Shown piece after piece: positions 26,590-38,427 of a stretch of 64,000 nucleotides of DNA. Position 1 is the first letter of the stretch. Each line of letters starts with the position of its first letter. A program made the translations under genes and the position numbers. The stretch comes from Eledone cirrhosa (taxonomy: Eukaryota), in the NCBI GenBank assembly GCA_964016885.1, contig OZ024740.1, positions 61,628,001 through 61,692,000 of the forward strand. The letters are read 5' to 3'. The notes under the pieces were generated by a model. The model was not told where the DNA came from and searched no databases. It worked only from the letters and a program-made list of their open reading frames with translations.

Positions 26590-29060
26590 TCATCATCATC
26601 ATCAACGTTTAACGTCCGCGTTCCACGCTTGCATGGGTTTGGACGGGGGTATTCCCACTTGAGGCAAGAGTGATTGTCTTGCTCGCATAGGACTGTCTGG
26701 CAGGTTTTATACAGTTGGATGCCCTTCCTAACACCAACCACATTTACAGTGTGGGTCTGGGAGGTTTTTACCGTGTTGCCTACACGGCCACATTACAGCG
26801 TGGACTGTGTGTTTTTTTGTCGTGACACCTACACGATCTCATTTGTTTCGGCCTGGATCGTGTGGCACCAACATAACTTTACATAGAACGGGGTGGTGTG
26901 GATGGGGTGGGGGTGGTGGTGGTGGGACGGGGGGTATTTTGTTAGAGATGCCTACTGGCTGTAGTAGGTTTTACTATGTATTTAGGTAAGGCAGGTCTTC
27001 TCTGTTACTGAGTACCGCCAAAGGTCTCGGTCCAGTGACATTGTCTTGGAGAGGTGTAAGTGTGTGAGGTCGGAGTTTATCAGCTCGTCCCAGGTTTTTC
27101 TAGGTCTGCCTATTCCGTGGCTACCGTCTATCTTTATTGCCCTGCACTTTGTTATACTGCTATCGACTTTCATGCGCATCACGTGTCCATACCAACGTAG
27201 CCTTCTCTCGAGTAAACAACATCTGATCCCTCTTATTTCTAATTTTTTCCTTAGTTCGTTTATGCTTTGCCGTTCACGTATATTACTGTTACACATCCAG
27301 CGGAGCATGCAAGCTTCGTTCCTCTCTAGTCTGCGTATATCCTCTGCACACAATGCCCAGGTCTCACTGCCATGCAACATTGCTGTTCGTATGCAGGCAT
27401 CGTACAACCTGCCTTTCATTTTTAGGGAGAACCCTTTAGCAGCTAATAGTGGTATAAGCTCTCTGAACTTTTTCCAACCAGTTCTGACTCTAGCTACTGT
27501 ACTTTCAGAGCACCCTCCCCCACTGCTGATTTTATCACCCAGGTAACGGAAGCTGTCCACTATTTCTATAGAACCCTCTGCGCAATTGAAAGAGCTAGTA
27601 TTTTGTGGTCACTTGCTGCTACTTATTGCACCAGAGCACCGGCCACATGTAAAATCTATGTTCTTAGTTAGCTTACCTGTGATCCCACTACATCTTTTAT
27701 GCACCCATACTTTGCATTTAGGACATAAAATGGAGTTTCTACCTACGCCTTTCCTACACACCGAGCACGACCATTTCCCAGAAGGGACCACCGCCTTATT
27801 TTCTTTCCTACAAACTAGAACTTTAGTCTTAGCCAGGTTAATTTTAAGTCCTTTTGATTCTAGGCCGTGCTTCCATGTTTGGAATTTCTTCTCTAGCTCG
27901 GCCATTGATTCCGCTATGAGTGTCAGGTCGTCTGCGTATAGGAGTTCCCATGGGCAGCCGGTCTTGAACTCCTCTGTTATAGCCTGAAGGGCAATAATAA
28001 ATAGTAGGGGGCTGAGAACAGAGCCCTGATGGACGCCAACTTTTACGCTTAACTCTTCACTATATTCGTTGTTAATTCTAACCTTGCTGACTGTTTCTTT
28101 ATACATGGCTTGTATAGCTCTCACAAGCCATTCGTCAACGCCTAGTTTTCTAAGAGCCCACCAGATAATGGAGCGGGGGACTCTGTCGAAGGCTTTCTCC
28201 AAGTCGACAAAAGCTAAGTAGAGGGGTTTACCTTTAGCTAGGTACTTCTCCTGTAGTTGTCGTACAATGAAAAGAGCGTCTGTGGTACTTTTGCCTGACA
28301 CAAACCCGAACTGCATTTCATCTAGGTCAATTCTCTCTCTGATTAGTTGTGCTATTACTTTTTCCGTGACCTTCATGACCTGGTTGATTAATTTAATGCC
28401 TCTATAGTTACTCCTATCTAGGGCGTCTCCTTTACCCTTATAACAGTTAACGATGCTGCTGCTATGCCAGTCCTTCGGAACAACCCCATTCTGTACGACT
28501 TGGTTAACTATGCGGGTGACCATGGTGTGTCCCATCGTGCCAGATGCCTTCAGCATCTCAGCAACTATTTCCGAAGGCCCAGCCGCCTTACCCGTCTTCA
28601 TATCCTTGATTGCCTTACTTATTATACTCCCCTCGACTAACACTGCTGGTCCCTCTATTGGGTCGATATGGGGGAGACTGTCTTTCTCCCATTTATTCTC
28701 CTCATTTAGTAGCCTTTCATAGTGACACTTCCAAGCTACCTTCTTATCAGCGTCGCTGATGGCAAGTATGCCATCATCGTTAAGTACATGCTTGAACTTT
28801 CTTTCCTCAGCTTCCCTTCTTGCTAAGTACACTTCTCTCCTAGCTTCCCTCCTGGCCACTTGATAGTCTTCTCTACTTCCCCCATCCCGCCATACTTTCC
28901 AAGCCTGCTTTTTGGCCTTAATTGACCCCTCCACCTTACTGTTCCACCACCATGTTACTCTCCTCCTGCCTACAGGCCTGCTCCAGCCACAGACTTCGTC
29001 TGTCGCCAACAGCAGGTTTGCTTTCAGAAATTCCCACTGTCCCTCTATATTGTCCGACTC
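26590..29060 (-). mobile_element. 5'-truncated RTE-clade LINE with 3' UTR and (ATG)n tail
   Basis: Long RT ORF (VDLEKAFDRV, GVHQGSVLSP, LLYADDL), one TGA at 27609 where other copies have TGC, C-terminal ORF to 26982, 3' UTR to the GAT repeats. Confidence 0.95.
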
Positions 29061-29109
29061 TAAATATATATATATATACACACACACATATACATACAAG
29101 GTGAGAGAG

Positions 29110-30000
29110 AGAGACAGTCTTTCCTCTTGCACAGTACATCTTATTCCTCTTATATCCAGTTTCTCTCTCAGTTCATCCATGCTTTGTCGTTCATGTAAAT
29201 TAACAATGCAGATCCATTGAAGCATGATTGCTTCATTTCTCTCCAGCCATTGCATATCATCTGTGTTCACTGACCGTCACACTTATGCAGCATAGCTCTC
29301 CACACACTGACATCATACAGCTAACATTTCATTCATAGAGAGAAACCTTTTGTTGTCAACAGAGGTAGTAGCTCCCTAAACATCTTCCATCCTGTCCTTA
29401 TTCAACCTACTGTGCTTTCGAAGCACCCTCCTCCACTGCTAATTATATAATCTAAGTACAGCTATGAATCCTTCCTTCTATTGGAATAGGTTTATATCAT
29501 TGGCACTCATACTATCAATTACCCCTGTACATCTATTACATACAAATCTTCCTTTCCTGTTAGTTTGCCTGTTATCCCAGTACTCCTCTTGTGTCCCCAA
29601 GATTTGCATTTTGTTCATTATATAGTGTTTATACCTACTCCTTTTCTACATATCGAGCAAGGCCACTTCCCTGATGGGATCAGGGACCTGTCTTCTTTCC
29701 TACTTATTCATACTTTGGTTTTTGCCAAGTTTACTCTCAGCCCTTTTTTTCTAAGTTCTGATTCCACAGCTGGAATTTATTTTCTAGTTCTTCTACAGAT
29801 TCAACTATGAGAATGAGATCATCAGCATACTCGAGATGCTATGGACAGCTAGTCTTAAACTCCTCTATTGTAGTCAGGAGGGCTCTGATAAACAGAAGTG
29901 GGCTAAGAACTGAACCCTGATGCACTTTTACCTGTACCTTGAATTCCTCACTAAACTCAATTCCTACCCTCACTTTACTGATAGCTCCTCTCTACACATT
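29110..30000 (-). mobile_element. Older, heavily decayed RTE LINE fragment
   Basis: Remnants of HQGSVLSPLLF, YADD, GKWPCSICRKG and LERNEA with many indels. Confidence 0.8.
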
Positions 30001-30290
30001 TAATCATAGAATGTAGATAATCATGTTTTGGTAATTGGTACATTCAATTAATTGCTGCTGGATGGTAGATTTCAGGAAGATTTGAGTTTCACTTCAATGT
30101 TAGTTTAGTAACTAATCCATTCATTGGTTAGTTTAGCAACTGGGTGGTTGTTTATCATCAAAGCTCTTTCATCACCCATCCTGTGACCATCTTATTGACT
30201 ATTCTTGCTCCTCTGTATTTCCTCTTTGTTCTAATTTTGTTCTATATTGTATGCATATATATTTATATGTTTATATATCTTCTAATGCAG

Positions 30291-30412
30291 AAAAAATCAC
30301 CAGAGCTTCACAGAGCAATATTATAAGACAACCTCCTACAATAGTAGTGAAAGCATACAGAAATGGAGACTCAAACATTTTTATTAGAATTGCTGCACCA
30401 GACCTGGCAATG
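30291..30412 (+). CDS. DCDC1: DCDC1-like coding exon 4 (start of first DCX domain)
   Basis: TGCAG acceptor, phase 1; (E)KITRASQSNIIRQPPTIVVKAYRNGDSNIFIRIAAPDLAM; donor ATG|GTAAGT. KAYRNGD is a typical doublecortin-domain start. Confidence 0.88.
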
Positions 30413-30627
30413 GTAAGTGGTATTGAAATTATTCATGGGTACAAGCATAGTTATGTGGTTAGCAAGTTCACTTTACATTTTCATGGTTCTCTGAATTACA
30501 GCCTATATCATGTGAGTGGAACTTAATAGATGGGAATTATAGAGATATCATCATCATCATTTTATGTCCGCTTTTCCCTGCTTGCAAGGGTGGGACGGGT
30601 CCTATTCAACAATCTTTCGAAAGATTG

Positions 30628-30724
30628 AGACGTATCTGAGGATCTTGCGATTTCAGAGTCAGGTTCGATCATTGCATCATTCGTGCCTCGAGCTGGTCGC
30701 CAGAGAAACGATTGTAATATGTCT
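30628..30724 (+). ncRNA. Type I hammerhead ribozyme with extended stem II
   Basis: AGACGTAT-CTGAGGA-TCTtGCGA...TCGCcAGA-GAAAC-gatt-GTA^ATATGTCT: 8-bp stem I (one G-U), intact core, AATAAA immediately after. Confidence 0.8.
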
Positions 30725-31089
30725 AATAAATTTTAATTTGTCGCACCACTGATTCTCCGTTTCTTATGTGATATATATCATCATCATCATCATTTAACGT
30801 CTATCTTCCATGCTAGCATGGGTTTAGACGGGAATTATCCCACTTGAGGCAAGATTGGTCATCTCGCTTGTATAGGACTGTCTGGCAGGTTTTCTACGGC
30901 TGGATGCCCTTCCTAACATCAACCACGTTCACAGTGTGGACTGCATATATATATATATATATATCATCATCATCATTGTCATTATTTTAACATTCGTTTA
31001 TCCATGCTTGCATGAGTTGCATGGGTCCTTTTCAGAACAGCATCTCTCCACTTATCACGTTCCTTTGTTATCTCTGTGGGTCTCAGTGG

Positions 31090-32360
31090 ATTGAGATCAG
31101 CTTGAGTGTTTGCCTGATAGGCTGGCTGGTTTCCTGAAATTAGTGTTGCAGTTGGTTAGCTCATTTGCATCACAGAATTTTGGGAGCCTCACTTCCTCTT
31201 CATTTCTTGACCCATAATTATATCTGCCATGAACACCAGTGAATCAGTCTTGGTACTGCCCAAAATATCCATTGAAGTCGCCTGCCAGGATGATGAGATC
31301 TCTGTCTTTAGTAACTGAGATTGTCTGTAAAAGTTCCTCATAGAAACAGTCCTTTTGTTCTTTACTCAGTCCTGCCTGTGGTGCATAGGTAGATGTAATT
31401 GTCACCATTCTATTACCTACAGCTATTTTATGCTTGATAAATCTGGCACTTACTCTAACTACCTCTATCACTTCATGTATACCTTTCTCAGCTAGTAGAA
31501 TGCTCCATCACCTACCCCATCATTATTTTCTACCCAGAAAAGTTTGTATCTATGGTATTTGCCTGTGAATAGTCTTACTTGAGCTTGTTTCCTGTGATTG
31601 ATTGCTGCTTACTGCTCCTGTGCATCAACCACATGTAAAACTTACATTCTTTACTAACTTGCCTGAAATCTTGTAACATTTCTAGTTTGGGACAGCAGAT
31701 GGAATTTTTACCCACTTCTTTCCTACACACTGAGAAGAGCTGTTTCCCAGAAGGGGCTAGGGCCTTGTTTTCCTTACTACTTACTAGAACTTTGGTCTTT
31801 GCCAAATTGACTTTGAGACCTTTTGATTCCAGGTTATGTGTCCAGGTCAGGAATGTTTTCTCTAGTTCTGTCATAGATTCAACTATGAAAGTTAGATCAT
31901 CAGCATACAGGAGTTCCCAAGGGCATCCTGTTTTAAATTCTTCTGTTATAGCCTGGAGGACGATGATAAACAGGAGAGGGCTAAGGACGGAGCCTTGGTG
32001 GACCCCAACTTGCACAATAAACTCCTCATTATTAACTTTATCCTTGCTGACAGCACCTCTCTACATGGCTTGTACTGCCCACACTAACCACTCTTCTACT
32101 CTTAGTTTCCTAAGAGCCCACCAGATTACAGAATAGGGTACCCTGTCAAAAGCTTTCTAGAGGTCGATAAATGCTAAGAAAATACTTTTGCTGTTGCCTC
32201 ACAAAGAAGAGGGTATCTGGGGTACTTTTTTATTTTTTCCTGGCATAAATTTGATCCCTAATCAGTTGTACAATGATACTTTCTGTAACTTTCATGACCT
32301 GGTCCATCAGTTTGATGCCACAACAATTCCCTCTGTTGAGTGCATCACCTTTGCTTTTAT
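31090..32360 (-). mobile_element. Decayed, rearranged RTE LINE fragments (APE 31090-31570; RT 31575-32360)
   Basis: STYAPQAGL/LAGDFNG and VGVHQGSVLSPLLF/LLYADDL motifs. Confidence 0.85.
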
Positions 32361-32458
32361 AGCAACCACCACCACCATCATCGTCATTATCTCCGTTTAA
32401 CGTCCATTTTTCCATGCTGGCATGGCTCTGTGTGTGTGTATATATATATATATATATA

Positions 32459-34173
32459 AATGCAGTTTGGGTTTGTGTTAGGTAAAAGTACCACAGACGT
32501 TCTTTTCCTTGTACGACAACTACAGGAGAAGTTCCTAGCTAAAAGTAAACCCCTATACTTAGCTTTTGTTGACTTGGAGAAAGCCTTTGATAGAGTCACC
32601 CACCCCATTATATGGTGGGCTTTTAGAAAACTAGGTGTTGATGAATGGCTCATGAGAGCTATACAAGCCATGTATAAAGAAACAGTCAGCAAGGTTAGAA
32701 TTAACAACGAATATAGTGAAGAATTTAGCGTAAAAGTCGGTGTTCATCAGGGCTCTGTCCTTAGCACCCTCCTATTTATTATTGCCCTTCAGACTATAAC
32801 AGAGGAGTTCAAGACTGGCTGCCCATGGGAACTTCTATACGCAGATGATCTAATGCTCATAGCTGAATCAATGGCTGAACTAGAGAAGAAATTCTAAACT
32901 TGGAAGCATGGCCCAGAATCAAAAGGCCTTAAAATTAACTTGTCTAAGACTAAAGTTCTAGTATGTAGAAAGGAAAATAGGGCACAGCTGCCCTCTGGGA
33001 AATGGCCATGCTCAGTGTGTAGGAAAGGAGTAAGTAGAAATTCCATTTTATGTCCCAAATGCAAAGTATAGGTGCATAAAAGATGTTGTGGGATCACAGG
33101 TAAACTAACTAAGAACATAGATTTTATATGTGGCTGGTGCTCAGGTGCAATAAGTAGTAGCAAGTGCCCACAGGATACTAGCTTCTTCCATTGCCCAGAT
33201 GGTTCTATAGAAATAGTGGACACCTTCCGTTACCTGGGTGACAAAATCAGCAGTGGTGGAGGGTGCTCTGAATGTACAGTAGCCAGAGTCAGAATTGGAT
33301 GGAAAAAGTTCAGAGAGCTTATACCACTATTGGCCGCTAAAGGTTTCTCCCTAAAAATGAAAAGCAGACTGTATGATGCCTGCATACGAACAGCAATGTT
33401 ACATGGCAGTGAGACATGGGCATTGTGTGCAGAGGATCTGCGCAGACTGGAGAGGAACGAAGCTTGCATGCTCCGTTGGATGTGTAATAATAATATACGC
33501 GAACGGCAAAGCATAAATGAACTAAGTGAGAAATTAGGAATAAGAGGGATCAGATACTGTTTACTCGAGAGAAGACTATGTTGGTATGGTCACGTGATGC
33601 GCATGAAAGATGACAGCTGTATAAAAAAGTGCAGGGCGATCAAAATAGATGGAAGCTATGGAGTAGGCAGACCCAGAAAAACCTGGGACGATTTGATAAA
33701 TTCCAACCTTACACACTTACACCTCTCCAAGGCAATGTCACTGGACCGAGATCTTTGGCGCTACATAGTAATACAGAAGACCCGCCTTACCTAAGTACAA
33801 AGTGAAACCTACAGTCAGTAGGCACCTCCTAACCAAAAATACACCCCCATCCCACTATCCCTACCTCCACCCCAATCTACACCACCCCTTTCTCTGTAAA
33901 GTTATGTTGGTGCCACAACATCCAGTCCTAAATAAACGAGGTCATGTAGGTGTCACGACAAAAACACACAGTCCACGCTGTAATGGTGCCGTATAGGTAA
34001 CACGGTAAAAACCTCCCAGTCCACACTGTAAACGTGGTTGGTGTTAGGAAGGGCATCCAGCCGTAGAAAACCCGCCAGACAGTCTAATACGAGCAAGACA
34101 ACCAATCTTGCCTCAAGTGGGACAATTCCTGTCTAAACCCATGCTAGCGTGGAAGATAGCCGTTAAACGATGA

Positions 34174-34178
<5 letters not shown>
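32459..34178 (+). mobile_element. 5'-truncated RTE-clade LINE with 3' UTR
   Basis: RT from MQFGF to GRPRKTW with a premature TAA at 32895; 3' UTR ends in (GAT)n then (TA)n; 5' end abuts (TA)n. Confidence 0.95.
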
Positions 34179-34225
<47 letters not shown>

Positions 34226-34399
34226 AATACTATTTATAGTTATGTATATACTATAAACAACTATAAACAGGAAAGGTCAGTAATTTCCTACTACCTTATT
34301 ACCAGTAAGAGAAATAGCTCAATGTAAGAACATCAGCTGTTTTACAGAGCAGGAAAATAAATAAATTAGACAATTATCAAAGTTGTGTTCAAATCATTT

Positions 34400-34451
34400 A
34401 ATAGCTGACAATCGTTTCTTCCAAACTCTCATTTGGAGTCATCGGAGCATT
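34400..34451 (-). ncRNA. Type I hammerhead variant (inverted copy of 35120-35171)
   Basis: Reverse-complement copy with the same CCGATGA core; one stem II C-G pair is changed to T-G. Confidence 0.6.
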
Positions 34452-35119
34452 ATCAATGTTTGTACTTACAATTAACCTCCTATATAGATACATATATATT
34501 GATGTTGTGAGCAACAGTTTCATATTTACAGGGTGGAATGGATGTGACATATATTTTACGAGAATTGTACAGTAATTGTACAAAAATTAAAATTAAAATT
34601 AAAAGGAGTGGAATACATGCAACAGATATAACAAGAGAATAGTCCAATAATTAAAGAGGCATTGAGAGAGGAGTTTTGAGAAAGGAAGAGTACATTAACA
34701 ATACATAAGCAGGTGTGTGGAGAGTGCACATGCGTTAGTCATATATATGAGAAGGAAACAAGAAAAGTTATTATGCATATATGGATAAATAAATAAATAA
34801 ATACTGCACTTTAAGCAGATATCTCCACACGCCTGCATATGTATTGTTAATGTACTCTTCCTTTCTTGAAACTCCTCTCTCAATGCCTCTTTAATTATAG
34901 GACTATTCTCTTGTTATATCTGTTGCATGTATTCCACTCTGTGCTTTTCATTTTAATTTGAATTTGAATTTTTGTACAATTATTGTACAATTCTCGTAAA
35001 ATATATGTCGCATCCAGTACACCTGGTAAATACGAAACTGTTGCTCACAACATCAATATATATGTATCTATATTATTGTTCAGTTGAATAGGAGGTTAAT
35101 TATAAGTACAAACATTGAT

Positions 35120-35171
35120 AATGCTCCGATGACTCCAAACGAGAGTTTGGAAGAAACGATTGTCAGCTATT
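35120..35171 (+). ncRNA. Type I hammerhead variant (CCGATGA core)
   Basis: AATGCT-CCGATGA-C TCCAAAC gaga GTTTGGA A-GAAAC-gatt-GTC^AGCtATT. Confidence 0.65.
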
Positions 35172-35207
35172 AAATGATTTGAACACAACTTTGATAATTG
35201 TCTAATT

Positions 35208-35251
<44 letters not shown>

Positions 35252-36918
35252 TAACCATGTATATCCTGATTTTTAGAATAAATAAACTGTATCCCTGTGT
35301 GTCATAAGAGCTGAGTAAAATGGTTGACATCAAGAAGGCAGAGAATGAATGCTAATTAGCGCAAAATTAATTAATTAGTTTGAATAAGTCACCAGAATAC
35401 CACTATTTATGCAAACAATACTAATTGGTTGAACATACTCTCTACATTTAGTGACTCTATGTAAATATTAACTATGTTTCTCTCTATGGATAGATCACAT
35501 GTATTCTATTACCAATGAGAATCAAATGAGATCTGACACCAGCTCCATGTTCTCTGTCTACACAGAGAGAGAGAGAAAGAAAAAAGAGTGAATAATGTTG
35601 GCATAAAGAGGTAAATGAAGACAGGAATTGTAGAGCAGCTGATCTTTAAATGTTAATGCATGAAACCGCATTAGCAAGCCATTCTTTAAAACTACAAAAC
35701 ACCATTATGACTGCATCTCATTAAAAATTAAAATGTTTACTTCAGTTTACTGCAAATTTTCACAATGATCTCCCCACTAGTAAAGTTACTATAAATATTT
35801 GAATTAACAAACCTATTTTGAGATATTTTCTGCTAACTCTAGAATTAAAGAAGGTGAAATGGATGTGTAAAAACAGTGTTAATCGAAATTAATAAATAAC
35901 AATAAATAAATATGGATATCTAGAAAATAAATGCCCACAGGAATGGTTTTGGGATTTAAAATACTGTGAATTCATGGTTTGAATAGAAATTATGTAAATT
36001 AGTGAAAGTTATTCAAACTTAATGGCACTCATTGTTAAAAGATTGATAATTTAAAATAAGATAAAATAAAATAAGATAAAATAAAATAAAATATTGGAGC
36101 TTATAAATGGAACTTATATGTAAAAACAGTGAATAAATAGAAAATTTGCTTAAGGCTAACAGTTATTAGTGATGCATGGGGGAAATAGTTATAGATAAAA
36201 GGAGAGGTGAAGTAGAGGATGGGATGTATGGATAAGAGGTATAGTAGGATACCAGGCAAGCAGACTTTTAATATAGCAGATGCACAGGCATAGTCGGTTG
36301 TAAGAACAGCGAAATAAAGTTTTTCCAATTCCAGGAAGTATCCATAGAAGTGATTGGTAGCTTCTGAATTATGATTGTTGGGTGAAGGCAGGCCAAGAAA
36401 TACCAGTGGAAGAAAGCTGCAGCAGAGGAAGACCTGAAGCTTACAGAAGAGATGATGGACTGCGATGTTGTACTGGAAAAGACCCATCCAACCCATGCAA
36501 GCATAGAAAAGCCAACATAAAATAATGATGATGATTATGATGATGACACATATATATATATATATATGGAATACTGTTGGCTTCTTGCTACAATACTTTC
36601 TATACCTTTCATTTATATATATATATATATGTTCTTGTTATAGCTTAATAGTTATTGTTTTGTCTTATCTCTTACTGCACTGGACTGCGCATTGGCTTTT
36701 GTCAGATGCTGTGACCCCGAGTGGACCAGCAGTACCGTTGGTAGGGGTCGAAACTGTCAAAGTCCATCTCAGCGGTGGATAACTCTGGGGTTCTGTGTCT
36801 TTCATTTGTATTTTTATTTTCCCAAAAATAATTTTTTAAGGTTTCCCCATAAAAAAATTGTTTTTTGTTTTGCCTTGTTTTTGTTTGTTGTCTTGTCCTC
36901 TTTTTGTTAATTTTCCTA

Positions 36919-36956
<38 letters not shown>

Positions 36957-37202
36957 AAAAGAGTCAGGACCCCGACGGCAGAGCTCAAGCCATTTCAACG
37001 GCTATTTCTTGACTCATATATATATATCATCATCATCATCGTTTAACGTCCATCTTCCATGCTTGCATAATATACATACACACACATGCTAACCATTGTT
37101 ATTTCAGTTATTGCATTTATTTGTTATGCAATAAAGCATTCTAAAACTTTGATTCTTTTATTAGTTAAGGGTTTAGTTTTGTTTCCTTTTGACTTTCTTC
37201 AG

Positions 37203-37365
37203 TTACTAGAATTGTGCACCCAAAAACTACAGTTGCCCTTTGCTGCTCGAATAATATATCTCGAAGATGGAACTAAGGTTTGCAGCCCAGAAAATATCCC
37301 TAAAGAAGCTGCTGTTTATGTTTCAATGGGAGAAGCATTTCAAAATCCGAAAAATAAAAATAAAA
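37203..37365 (+). CDS. DCDC1: DCDC1-like coding exon 5 (DCX domain core)
   Basis: TTTCTTCAG acceptor, phase 0; LLELCTQKLQLPFAARIIYLEDGTKVCSPENIPKEAAVYVSMGEAFQNPKNKNK resembles the DCDC1 DCX motif recalled as LLEECTEKL..AARRVFL.DG....DVYVSTGEPF; donor A|GTAAGG. Confidence 0.92.
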
Positions 37366-37390
37366 GTAAGGATTACTTATCTATATTTAA

Positions 37391-37804
37391 CCCTTTTGTT
37401 AGCATATTTCTATTGAAAAAGATCAGGAATTTGGTAACATAATTAATTTTATTATTATTAAGCTCACATATTGGTGGATTGGCAGTATCGGTAGAGGGTC
37501 GGATGTCATGCTTTCCAGCATAGTTACGTCCCTTAACGATCTGAGTTCAAATCCCGCCAAGGTTGACTTTGCCTTTCATCCTTACGGAGTCAATAAAATA
37601 AAGTACCAGTAATGCACTGGGTAATTGCTGGCCTTGTGCCAAAAGTAGAAACAATTATTATTAAGCTCACATTTGGAACATAACATAACAAAGGTTCTTA
37701 CATAAAACTATGATGGAAGGCTTTTAGACAAAAATAAATAATTTAAAACAAAGTTTTGTATTGCAGAATCAGGGTCATTGTTGGTTGGTTTAGTATCAAA
37801 AGGA
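37391..37804. mobile_element. piggyBac-type MITE family 2 with nested SINE
   Basis: TTAA|CCCTTTTGTTAGC ... AGTATCAAAAGGA|TTAA; related ends at about 14-156, 7015, 19100 and 43850. Confidence 0.65.
37473..37663 (+). mobile_element. SINE family 2 (GCCTTTCATCCTT..GGGTCGATAAAA..AGTACCAG central domain, (ATT)n tail)
   Basis: B-box-like GAGTTCAAATCCC; flanking duplication AAGCTCACAT; further copies on the minus strand at 13715-14030, 40708-40895 and 48925-49255. Confidence 0.8.
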
Positions 37805-38229
37805 TTAAATATGTATACAGAATATGGTATGTATTCAGTTTAGAATAGAATAAAGATACTGTATCCCTGTATGTCATAGGAGATGTCTAAAAGGATTAAC
37901 AGAAAGAAAGGCATTCAGCTGTAAAAAATTACTTTATGTCAGAGATGCTACAAAGCTAACTCTTGCTTTAGTAGAGAAAATGACCTTAAAATGCTTGTAA
38001 TAAATATGTATATGGTGTTATATCATCATCATCATCATCTTCGTTTAATGTCCATTTTCCACGCTAGCATGGGGTATTTTGTCGTGCCATGAAATTAGGT
38101 TTTGTGTTAAAGCACATAAGATTTTTAACTGTGGGGGTGGTGCAATGGGGTAGCTTTGAATGAAATTTTATTTGGATTTGCTGTAATTTCTTAGCTTCCT
38201 ACTTGAAATACAGAGCTACTTTTAAAATA

Positions 38230-38427
38230 CAAGGGTCAGCTGAAAAGTTCATAAGCTGACTAAGATACTCTCATGGAATGACCAAATGAGGATTATTTTT
38301 CATCATAGCTCCTAGAAAGAAACAATGCAGTTATTGATAAGGAGAGTTTAAATTAATGCATGCAAGATTTCGCAGCTCTAGCTTCGCTCCTGCATAGTCA
38401 ATTTATGACCTTTTCAGCTGAGCCTCA
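38230..38427. mobile_element. Mariner-type MITE
   Basis: TA|CAAGGGTCAGCTGAAAAGTTCATAA ... TTATGACCTTTTCAGCTGAGCCTCA|TA. Confidence 0.75.

Larger units (their letters stand above)
34360..35210. repeat. Long inverted repeat (arms about 34360-34723 and 34822-35210), each arm with a hammerhead-like motif
   Basis: The arms are near-perfect reverse complements separated by a ~100-bp spacer. Confidence 0.9.

Noticed and set aside
27046-27987. Long + strand ORFs opposite the RTE copies (also 14332-16450)
   Set aside because: Antisense shadows of the RT coding frame.
29060-29270. N-terminal extension of the 553-aa ORF
   Set aside because: Chimeric: read-through from a separate older RTE fragment and a microsatellite into the younger copy.
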